A DNA stretch of 64,000 bases, taken from the NCBI GenBank assembly GCA_035545675.1, contig DASZYA010000001.1, positions 237 through 64,236 on the forward strand, written 5' to 3'. Of the stretch, positions 9,137 through 16,808 are shown one piece after another; within the stretch, counting starts at the first letter, position 1, and each line of letters starts with the position of its first letter. Position numbers and translations under genes: made by a program. The stretch comes from Patescibacteria group bacterium. Its GTDB lineage: Bacteria > Patescibacteriota > Microgenomatia > Levybacterales > GWA1-39-11. Below the pieces are notes generated by a model, which was not told the origin of the DNA, made no database searches, and saw only the letters and a program-made list of their open reading frames with translations.

Positions 9137-10408
9137 TTGATGAACTCTGGTCTTTATGAAGATTTAGTCTCATCTAACCAATTAATAAAACATGAAGAAA
9201 CAAAAGTAAAAGCAACTGGCGCTGATGGCTGGAAAGTAATTAAACCAGAAGTAGTTCCCTTTATATCCTACTACTACGAATGGTCTTTTAGCATGCTTAA
9301 AGATGCAGCCCTCCTTACTCTTGATATCCAGAAAAAAGCAATTAAATATGGTATGAGTTTAAAAGATTCAAGTGCTTTTAACATACAGTTTTATCATGGA
9401 AAACCAATATTAATTGATACTCTGTCTTTTGAAAAACTCCCAGAAGGAAAACCCTGGATTGCTTACCAACAATTTGTAGAAAATTTCCTTGCTCCACTTT
9501 ATATTATGGCAAAAGTGGACGTAGACCTTGGACGCTTAACCTCAGTTTTTATTAATGGAATTCCTCTAGAAATAGCAGCAAAAATGCTTCCTTTTAAAGA
9601 AAGACTTAATCCAAGTCTTCTTATTCATATTTTCGCTCACGCTTCAACTCAGAAAAAATATTCAGATAAAAAACTTGATGCAAAAACAAAAGCAAGAAAC
9701 TTTAGCAAAACTGCACTTCTTGGATTGGTTGATAATCTTGAGGGGGCGATCAAAAAAGCGACTTGGAGTCCAAAAGGGACACAATGGGAAGATTATTATG
9801 AAGAAGACAAAAATAATTATAAGAATGAATCGTTCAAACACAAGGCAGAGCTTGTTAAGAAATATCTTAAAGCCACAAAGTCCAAAACAGTTTGGGATAT
9901 TGGAGCAAATACAGGATTATTCAGTAAGATTGCAGCAGAACTTGGCGCAGAAACAATTGCCTTTGACATAGACCATGGAGCACTCGAAAAAAACTACCTA
10001 GATATTGTTAAAAGGGATGGGGTAGAAAATCTTCTCCCACTCTTCTTGGATCTTGCTACTCCAACACCCGCTGTTGGATGGGAAAATATGGAAAGGGAAT
10101 CAGTTTTTGACCGAGGGCCAGCAGATGCGGTTCTAGCCCTTGCCGTGATACACCATCTAGCAATTACTTTTAAGGCTCCGTTTGTTTATCAAGCGCAAGC
10201 TTTTGCAAAAATGGGTAAGTACTTAATAGTAGAATTTGTTGATAAGACAGATTCTCAGGTACAACTTCTTGTTACAAACCGCGATGATATATTAGCTGAC
10301 TTTACAAAGGAAAACTTTGAAAAAGCATTTAAGCAGTATTTCAGAATAAAAGAGCAAACTACAATTAAAGGAAGCAAAAGAACCTTGTACCTCATGGAAA
10401 GACTTTAA
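9137..10408 (+). CDS. class I SAM-dependent methyltransferase with an uncharacterised N-terminal domain
   Basis: Motif I VWDIGANTGLFS...ETIAFDID and the downstream acidic and aromatic motifs are present. The open frame extends upstream to 8990 with no ATG (see findings). Confidence 0.65.
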   Translation: MMNSGLYEDLVSSNQLIKHEETKVKATGADGWKVIKPEVVPFISYYYEWSFSMLKDAALLTLDIQKKAIKYGMSLKDSSAFNIQFYHGKPILIDTLSFEKLPEGKPWIAYQQFVENFLAPLYIMAKVDVDLGRLTSVFINGIPLEIAAKMLPFKERLNPSLLIHIFAHASTQKKYSDKKLDAKTKARNFSKTALLGLVDNLEGAIKKATWSPKGTQWEDYYEEDKNNYKNESFKHKAELVKKYLKATKSKTVWDIGANTGLFSKIAAELGAETIAFDIDHGALEKNYLDIVKRDGVENLLPLFLDLATPTPAVGWENMERESVFDRGPADAVLALAVIHHLAITFKAPFVYQAQAFAKMGKYLIVEFVDKTDSQVQLLVTNRDDILADFTKENFEKAFKQYFRIKEQTTIKGSKRTLYLMERL

Positions 10409-10418
10409 TTTTAGTTAA

Positions 10419-12008
10419 ATGAAGAAGAACCTCATTTTTGCCCACCCGTTTCTTTTCTCTATTTATCCGGTACTATTTTTATACTCAAAGAATTTTAAAG
10501 AATATAGAGAGACCTCAATAGTTGTGCCACTCCTCTTCTCTCTGATTTTTGGAACCATTGTATTTTTAATATGTAAATTCATATTTAAAAAAATTGAAGA
10601 AGCTGCAATTGTTTCTTCTTTTGTAATCTTTGCGTCTCTTTCTTTTGGAAGAATTCTAGATCTTATTGGTCTTAAAGATATTACTATTGGAAGCATCACA
10701 ATTGATGAGCAGCTGACATTCACATTAATTCTACTAATAATTCTTTTTGGAATTATTAAGCTTGTTAGGAAATATGAAAAAAATTTAAGGCCTATTAACG
10801 AATATCTTGTTTTCCTTTCACTCTTTCTTTTAATTCTTCCACTCTACTCAATAATTTCCTTTGAGGCAAAAACTGGAAGAATATTTCAACCCCAACAAAA
10901 AGAAGCTGTAAGACAAACCAAGAAAGCAACGGCAGATAAAAATTTACCGGATGTTTATTATTTTATTTTTGACAGATATGCTGGGCCAAAATCTTTGTCC
11001 ACAGAATACAATGTAGACAACAGCAAATTTTTTGATTTTCTAAAAGACAAAGGGTTTTATGTAGCAAGCCAAGCTAGCACAAACTATCCAAAAACATTTT
11101 TGTCCGTTGGCTCAAGTCTTAATATGGAATATTTGGACTTCTTGACCACAGAAACAAAAGGAGGACACAGTGAAGACCAATCTCTAGTTACACCATTAAT
11201 ACGCAACAATAAGGTTTTGAATTACTTAAAAGACAAAGGATATTACACAGTTAATATTGGTCCAAAAACCTGGACGCCAACAAGCATTAATCCATATGCT
11301 GACAAGAATTATGTAATGACGGAAGGGACTTATCCTCTCGTTGATCCATTTGGAACAGGATTTCTAAATATGACAATAGCAGAACCAATATTTAAACGGG
11401 TTTTCCATAATCCACTAGATGTATCTGTTGATCCAAATAATAATGAACACAGAAGAGTTGAAACTTATGAGCTAGGTGCAATTGAGGATGCCATAAAACT
11501 ACCTGGACCAAAATTTGTATTTATGCATATTCTCTTACCTCATGATCCTTTTGTATGGAATGCAAATTGCCAACCGATAGCAGAGACTGAAGTAGACAAA
11601 CATGATTCTGTTACAAACTACATGAATCAATTGAAGTGTGCAAACACAAAAATCGAGAAAATAATGAGCGATATTATCGCCCATAACAAAAATTCTATAA
11701 TAATCGCGCAATCTGACGAGGGACCATTCCCAATGAAAACTCCGATTGATGAAAATGAGTCTTGGGGTAAAGCGAGCGTTGATTCATATCACGAGAAATT
11801 CCCAATCCTAAATGCTTACTATTTCCCTGGAAAAGATGCAGAGACATCAGGGCTCTACCAAACAATTACACCTGTTAATTCATTTAGAGTACTATTCAAT
11901 ACTTACTTTGGAGAGAACTACCCATTACTTCCAGATAGAAACTACGTTTTCTACGACAACAAAAACTACTACAAATTCACCGATGTTACGGATCAGCTCA
12001 ATAAGTAA
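10419..12008 (+). CDS. membrane-anchored alkaline-phosphatase/sulfatase-superfamily protein (LTA-synthase / phosphotransferase-like)
   Basis: About 5 N-terminal TM helices, then a soluble domain with VYYFIFDRYAG, HILLPHDPF and IIIAQSDEGP motifs resembling sulfatase-fold metal-binding strands. Confidence 0.55.
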   Translation: MKKNLIFAHPFLFSIYPVLFLYSKNFKEYRETSIVVPLLFSLIFGTIVFLICKFIFKKIEEAAIVSSFVIFASLSFGRILDLIGLKDITIGSITIDEQLTFTLILLIILFGIIKLVRKYEKNLRPINEYLVFLSLFLLILPLYSIISFEAKTGRIFQPQQKEAVRQTKKATADKNLPDVYYFIFDRYAGPKSLSTEYNVDNSKFFDFLKDKGFYVASQASTNYPKTFLSVGSSLNMEYLDFLTTETKGGHSEDQSLVTPLIRNNKVLNYLKDKGYYTVNIGPKTWTPTSINPYADKNYVMTEGTYPLVDPFGTGFLNMTIAEPIFKRVFHNPLDVSVDPNNNEHRRVETYELGAIEDAIKLPGPKFVFMHILLPHDPFVWNANCQPIAETEVDKHDSVTNYMNQLKCANTKIEKIMSDIIAHNKNSIIIAQSDEGPFPMKTPIDENESWGKASVDSYHEKFPILNAYYFPGKDAETSGLYQTITPVNSFRVLFNTYFGENYPLLPDRNYVFYDNKNYYKFTDVTDQLNK

Positions 12009-12012
12009 ATTT

Positions 12013-12030
12013 AATTTCTAATTCTTAATT
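12013..12030. repeat. 18-bp inverted repeat arm AATTTCTAATTCTTAATT (left flank of the four-helix-bundle gene)
   Basis: It is the perfect reverse complement of 12444-12461. Confidence 0.7.
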
Positions 12031-12056
12031 ACTAATTTCTATATAAATCTAACTTT

Positions 12057-12413
12057 CTAATTTCCAGAACTTTTAGCAATTTTGGAAAATATTAGAGTTA
12101 ATTCGTGACATTCTTTCCAAAGAATTCGACATTTATCGGATAATTTTTCTTCGCTCTTAGCTAGAATCCTCAGCCAGTATTTTGTCTCTATACATTCTTT
12201 TTTCGAGATAAATACTTTATTTTTAAAATCTTTCTTACTCGATGCTCCATTCGCTTCTGCATAGTTCGCGCCAATACTTGTTGCAGCTCGAACTAACTGC
12301 GTAATTATGGGCTGAGAAATTATATCTTTTTTCGATTCTTTACATAACTCGATTACATTTTCGGCAAATCTAATAGTCCTCTCTTCCAGATCATAAGCGC
12401 TTAATTTATTCAT
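12057..12413 (-). CDS. four-helix-bundle protein (TIGR02436 / 23S rRNA intervening-sequence protein family)
   Basis: 118 aa. MNKLSAYDLEERTIRFAENVIELCK...SIGANYAEANGASSKKDFKNKVFISKKECIETKYWLRIL is the family signature. Confidence 0.8.
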   Translation of the reverse strand: MNKLSAYDLEERTIRFAENVIELCKESKKDIISQPIITQLVRAATSIGANYAEANGASSKKDFKNKVFISKKECIETKYWLRILAKSEEKLSDKCRILWKECHELTLIFSKIAKSSGN

Positions 12414-12443
12414 TTAAAATTATTGTAATATAAATTAAATAAA

Positions 12444-12461
12444 AATTAAGAATTAGAAATT
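12444..12461. repeat. 18-bp inverted repeat arm AATTAAGAATTAGAAATT (right flank of the four-helix-bundle gene)
   Basis: It is the perfect reverse complement of 12013-12030. Confidence 0.7.
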
Positions 12462-12546
12462 TGTAATTAATTATGAATTAAAAACTAAGAATTAAGAATT
12501 AAACTCTCTCTTTATTAAATTGTCTTGTTATGATTAGATATCTTAT

Positions 12547-13572
12547 ATGATCACAGAAGAAGATTTAATAAACGAGAGGCTCTCTTATACCCCTGACACC
12601 AAACCCGGATTTAGCAGAAAGAAAAAGGGTACAAAGTTTGAATATTTTGATACAAAGGGAAAAAAGATAAATGATTCAAATGTAGTTGCCCGAATTGATA
12701 GCCTTGTTATTCCTCCAGCTTGGAATGAAGTCTGGATCTCGCCATACAAGAGTGGCCATCTACAAGCCAGAGGCTTTGACGACAAGAACAGAAAACAATA
12801 TATTTATCATCCCGAATGGGTAAAGCTATCCCAAGAAAATAAATTTGCAAAGATGGTTGATTTTGCTCTCAGTCTTCCAAAACTTAGACAAAAAATAGCC
12901 TATGAAATAAAACAAAAAGAATTGGATAGAGAAAGAATTATAGCAACAATTATTTGGCTACTAGAACATACATTTATAAGAGTAGGGAATGAGGAATATT
13001 CCAAAGAAAATAACTCTTTTGGATTAACAACGCTCCGTAATCGTCATGCAAAAGTAAGAGGGGACAATATTCATTTTGATTTTGTGGGAAAAAGTGGAGT
13101 TAAAGCATCTATTGAATTTTCAAATCCAACAATAGCAAAAACCATAAAAGAATGCATAGAGCTTCCTGGATACGAATTGTTCCAATATATAGATGATGAG
13201 GGCAACCGCCAGGTAGTTGATTCCCGTGACGTAAATGAATACCTACGAGAAATAACTCAAGATGAATTTACAGCAAAAGACTTTAGAACTTGGGGAGCAA
13301 CAAATTTATCCGCCAGAAATCTATATAGATTAGGAGATGCAGATGATGAAGAATTAATTAAGAAAAACATCACGGAAACTATTAAAGAAGTTGCCCACCA
13401 CCTTAACAACACAGTTTCCGTCTGTAGGACTTATTATATCCACCCAAGAGTTGTTGATAGTTACTCCAAACGCTCTCTTATTCCAGTTTTTGACAAATAT
13501 GCAAAAGATAAAAAAGAAAGAAGTGGTCTATCTTGGAATGAATACGCGCTAGTTAATTTGTTAAAGAGTTAA
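12547..13572 (+). CDS. type IB DNA topoisomerase (poxvirus/bacterial TopIB family)
   Basis: 341 aa. The motifs FIRVGNEEY, LTTLRNRHAKV, HFDFVGKSGV, KDFRTWGAT and C-terminal SVCRTYYIHP are consistent with the TopIB catalytic R-K-R-H...Y arrangement. Confidence 0.8.
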   Translation: MITEEDLINERLSYTPDTKPGFSRKKKGTKFEYFDTKGKKINDSNVVARIDSLVIPPAWNEVWISPYKSGHLQARGFDDKNRKQYIYHPEWVKLSQENKFAKMVDFALSLPKLRQKIAYEIKQKELDRERIIATIIWLLEHTFIRVGNEEYSKENNSFGLTTLRNRHAKVRGDNIHFDFVGKSGVKASIEFSNPTIAKTIKECIELPGYELFQYIDDEGNRQVVDSRDVNEYLREITQDEFTAKDFRTWGATNLSARNLYRLGDADDEELIKKNITETIKEVAHHLNNTVSVCRTYYIHPRVVDSYSKRSLIPVFDKYAKDKKERSGLSWNEYALVNLLKS

Positions 13573-13574
13573 TT

Positions 13575-13650
13575 ATTAACGGGTTAAAGGGTTAACGTGT
13601 TGAAAGATTAAAAAGTTAAAGACTTTGACGAATAACGACTTGCGAACAGC
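13575..13650. repeat. dispersed intergenic element, copy 1 (ATTAACGGGTTAAAGGGTTAACG... about 75-90 bp)
   Basis: It shares a 23-nt identical core plus several further blocks (GAAAGATTAAA, TTAAAG, CGAA.AACGACTTGC) with 25269-25359. Shorter relatives occur at 35765-35790 and 36172-36205. Confidence 0.6.
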
Positions 13651-13666
13651 GACGAGCAACTGAAAA

Positions 13667-14269
13667 ATGCGAATTGCGAACTCTGACAAACTCGTGTATA
13701 TTATTCAGATGGATGAAAAATGTCCCAAATGTGGTTCACCGCTAAGCCCAGTAACAGAAACTTCTACTGGAAGAAAAATTCAAAGATGTTCCGCTGGATC
13801 CTGGAATAAAGAAACAAAGAAGAATGAAGGTTGTGACTACGTGAAGTGGATTGAAATGGAACCAGAAACTCTAAACGAAAAATGTCCTAAATGTGGAGCT
13901 CCATTAGTTTTGGCCTTTACCCGTTTTGGAAAGAAAATGAAGAAGTGTTCAACTAATAAGTGGAATGCTGAAACAAAAAAAGCGGAGGGTTGTGACTTTG
14001 TGGAATGGATAAATGGAACAACAGAAGAACTAGATGAAGATTGCCCAGACTGTGGTAAGAAATTAGTTCTTTATACTACGGCTACTGGCAAGAAAATGAA
14101 GAAGTGTTCTACTGCCGGCTGGGATAGAGAAAAGAAACAAGCAACAGGGTGTACATATGTAGAATGGCTAAAACCTGATGAATATAATAACATTCCAGTA
14201 TCAGGCGGAGAACCAAAAGAACCACACCCGGATGACGAACCTCCAATGCCAACCGACCCCCAATCCTAA
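13667..14269 (+). CDS. protein composed of three tandem CPxCG-type zinc-ribbon repeats (topoisomerase-type zinc-finger-like)
   Basis: It has three ~55-aa repeats. Each is CP[KD]CG-x15-[RK]C[ST]-x14-GC[DT][YF]VEW, giving four Cys per repeat. The C-terminus is Pro- and acidic-rich. It lies immediately downstream of TopIB. Confidence 0.6.
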   Translation: MRIANSDKLVYIIQMDEKCPKCGSPLSPVTETSTGRKIQRCSAGSWNKETKKNEGCDYVKWIEMEPETLNEKCPKCGAPLVLAFTRFGKKMKKCSTNKWNAETKKAEGCDFVEWINGTTEELDEDCPDCGKKLVLYTTATGKKMKKCSTAGWDREKKQATGCTYVEWLKPDEYNNIPVSGGEPKEPHPDDEPPMPTDPQS

Positions 14270-14346
14270 GTTGATTAAAAAATTAAAAGATTAAAGAATT
14301 GTTTCAATTGAACTTGAATTTGATTTGTGAGATGCTTAGGTAAGAA

Positions 14347-14697
14347 ATGGAAAATAGCGCTCTAGTTCTTTGCCCCAAATGCCATAAAGAAATACCGGAA
14401 ACTGATTTTTACTGTCCATATTGCGGAGAAAAAATAAAAGAACCACCTTTTGAAACGAATCTTACAAAGCAGATTGGAATTTATGCATTAAGCGTACTGC
14501 TTCCACCTCTTGGGCTCTGGCCGGCAATAAGATTACTCAAAAGGAAGGAGCCCGAAGCAAAGAAAATCGCTTGGATTGCAATTGTATTAACGGTTATCTC
14601 GATTATTATCAGCATCTGGCTAAGTATTGGAGTTATGGGGTATATCAACAAAAGTATCAGCTCTCAATTTAACCAATATCAGGATTTGGGGTATTAG
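14347..14697 (+). CDS. zinc-ribbon membrane protein
   Basis: 116 aa. N-terminal CPKCH...CPYCG zinc ribbon followed by two TM helices. Confidence 0.5.
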   Translation: MENSALVLCPKCHKEIPETDFYCPYCGEKIKEPPFETNLTKQIGIYALSVLLPPLGLWPAIRLLKRKEPEAKKIAWIAIVLTVISIIISIWLSIGVMGYINKSISSQFNQYQDLGY

Positions 14698-15139
14698 ATC
14701 TTCTTTCCTTCTCTTTTGCAATTTCTTTTTGAATAGCATTAACAAATAATTCACTTTGTTCTCTAGTGATCGCATTATTAGTCTTACTGTCACTAAATAT
14801 ACCCCTCTTGGCGATTGCCAATATCTCACGCATCTGGCTTATCGGAAATGAACTATTTATCCTTATTCTATTAAGGTAACTTCGCGACTTTAAATGTGCC
14901 TCTTTGACTGCTTTTACTCTCCTTATTCTAACTTTTGCATTAATGTCTGGATCATCCATGAATTGTTGGCCAACAACATTAAGTAATGCCTCATCAAAAG
15001 GAGTAACAACCAACTCTTCCTCATATTTATAAGGCGAGCCAGCATCAACTGGTGTCTCATCCTCCTTAAATCCTGCCCAAACGGGCGTTGACCGATCATC
15101 AAAATCTGGAGTTGGTTTTATATCCTCAATTCTAGCCAT
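14669..15139 (-). CDS. hypothetical protein
   Basis: 156-aa ORF with an acidic N-terminus. No recognised motifs. Its 3' end overlaps the convergent gene by 29 nt. Confidence 0.4.
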   Translation of the reverse strand: MARIEDIKPTPDFDDRSTPVWAGFKEDETPVDAGSPYKYEEELVVTPFDEALLNVVGQQFMDDPDINAKVRIRRVKAVKEAHLKSRSYLNRIRINSSFPISQMREILAIAKRGIFSDSKTNNAITREQSELFVNAIQKEIAKEKERRSNTPNPDIG

Positions 15140-15194
15140 GAGTGAGATTATATTATAAATACAGGGAAATTTAAAATTGTGATAGGATATTTAT

Positions 15195-15863
15195 ATGGCA
15201 AAAGCTGACAAAGAAGATAAATTCATATTCACCATTTTACTCATTGGAGTAGGAATATTTTTGATCTTTATAATTGTAACTTTTACTGTTGGTTATAGAA
15301 TAGCCAAAAACAAAAGCATGCTAGCACAAGAAAAAGCGAGACAAGAATCTAGTCAAAATATAATGGATGAAAGCAAAGATTTGCTAGATAGGAAAAAGAT
15401 AGATCCTTTAGATACAACCGGAAAATGGAAAGTATTTTCATATAAAAATATATATCAATTTAAGTATCCTATTAATTGGTTTAGAGTAGAAACTCCTTAT
15501 GATGGCTCGACTTCAGAATATTTTTTTGAAGAAGGAATAAAACCATATGCAAGAACAAGCGATGGAGGAGGAAACTCTGTGATGGATGTTTTCTATAATA
15601 CCCAAATAAGCGCTGATTATTCTTCTCTTGAAAAGATTTATAATCAAACTCCAGAATTTACTAGCGGTACCAATATTGGAGGATCTCCAGTACCTAAACA
15701 TGCTATAGAGAAAAAATATTTACAACTGGGAGGACTGCCGGGATTAGAAATTTTCAACTATGATTATTACGTAAAACCAACTAAAGACTCAATGCTCGAA
15801 ATAAGGCTGTGGTCAAATAATAACTCACAAATAGTTCTCGACTCACTAACCTTTCAAAAATAA
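15195..15863 (+). CDS. membrane-anchored hypothetical protein
   Basis: 222 aa. An N-terminal TM helix (FIFTILLIGVGIFLIFIIV) is followed by a soluble domain. Confidence 0.5.
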   Translation: MAKADKEDKFIFTILLIGVGIFLIFIIVTFTVGYRIAKNKSMLAQEKARQESSQNIMDESKDLLDRKKIDPLDTTGKWKVFSYKNIYQFKYPINWFRVETPYDGSTSEYFFEEGIKPYARTSDGGGNSVMDVFYNTQISADYSSLEKIYNQTPEFTSGTNIGGSPVPKHAIEKKYLQLGGLPGLEIFNYDYYVKPTKDSMLEIRLWSNNNSQIVLDSLTFQK

Positions 15864-15879
15864 GGGAACAAGATTATAA

Positions 15880-16125
15880 CTACAAATCATTTCTTTCAAA
15901 CCAATCAATCTTAAAAATTCTATTACAAATTATATTTAAAACTCCAAAAGTCAAAACGAGCATAAGGCTTAATGTGTCAAACAGATGTTTGTAAAATAAA
16001 TTTTCGAATCTACCAGACTTTTTGTTTTTTAAAGCATCTTCTGATACAAGATGGAATATATAAGTCCAATAAGATAGCTTTCCTAGAAGTTTTTCGGGAT
16101 ATTCTAATACGATTTCAATTTTCAC
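15880..16125 (-). CDS. small hypothetical protein
   Basis: 81-aa ORF co-oriented with the RM operon. Weak support. Confidence 0.25.
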   Translation of the reverse strand: MKIEIVLEYPEKLLGKLSYWTYIFHLVSEDALKNKKSGRFENLFYKHLFDTLSLMLVLTFGVLNIICNRIFKIDWFERNDL

Positions 16126-16131
16126 AGATTA

Positions 16132-16770
16132 TTAAAAATTGATGGTTGTATCTTCCTCAAGATCGTCAAATGTCATCTTTTTATATACACTTCTTGTGAG
16201 CTCAACATCCTTCATACAATACCGGCAAATGTCTTCAATCTTTCCTTCTTGATAATAAGGCCAAACCATAGAACCATCCATTTCGTCCTTTGATGTTGGC
16301 AATCCTAAGACTTTCGCCATTGTATCTAGCTTCTGAATCTTTCCATTATCAAAATTCCATAGAGTCCATTCAAGCATGGTGTCATAAATTGGAATATTTC
16401 TATACCTTGCAAAACTTATGTCAGTTCTAGTTTTTATTCTATTAATAATTGAACGCTGATAAATAAAAGGTAAATCAAAAGCCCAAATATTATGCCCAAC
16501 AAATCTGTGGACGTCTTTTGAAACTTCCCAAAATTTGGTTAAGACTTCTTTCTCATCTCCGGAAAATGTTTCTTTTAGAACCTCTTTTCCGTTTACTTCT
16601 TTTATAACTGCAATACAGCAAATTCTTCCAAATGTACCTTCAAAAGAAGTGCTTTCATGAATCTCTATATCAGTCTTACCTTTGTGTTTCTTTTTAAGAA
16701 TTTCAATATGGATCTCTTTTTGGTCCTCCGGACTTGGAATTGTTTCAATATCAAAAAATAAAGTGTTCAT
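16132..16770 (-). CDS. RNase H-like 3'-5' exonuclease (DEDDy / PolB-exonuclease-like)
   Basis: 212 aa. It has Exo I (LFFDIETIPSPED), Exo II (HNIWAFDLPFIYQRS) and Exo III (YCMKDVELTRSVY) motifs. It is 38 bp downstream of hsdR on the same strand. Confidence 0.65.
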   Translation of the reverse strand: MNTLFFDIETIPSPEDQKEIHIEILKKKHKGKTDIEIHESTSFEGTFGRICCIAVIKEVNGKEVLKETFSGDEKEVLTKFWEVSKDVHRFVGHNIWAFDLPFIYQRSIINRIKTRTDISFARYRNIPIYDTMLEWTLWNFDNGKIQKLDTMAKVLGLPTSKDEMDGSMVWPYYQEGKIEDICRYCMKDVELTRSVYKKMTFDDLEEDTTINF

Positions 16771-16808
16771 TTGAGGCTAATTATACTCCCGAGGCCAAAA
16801 TTAAGCAA

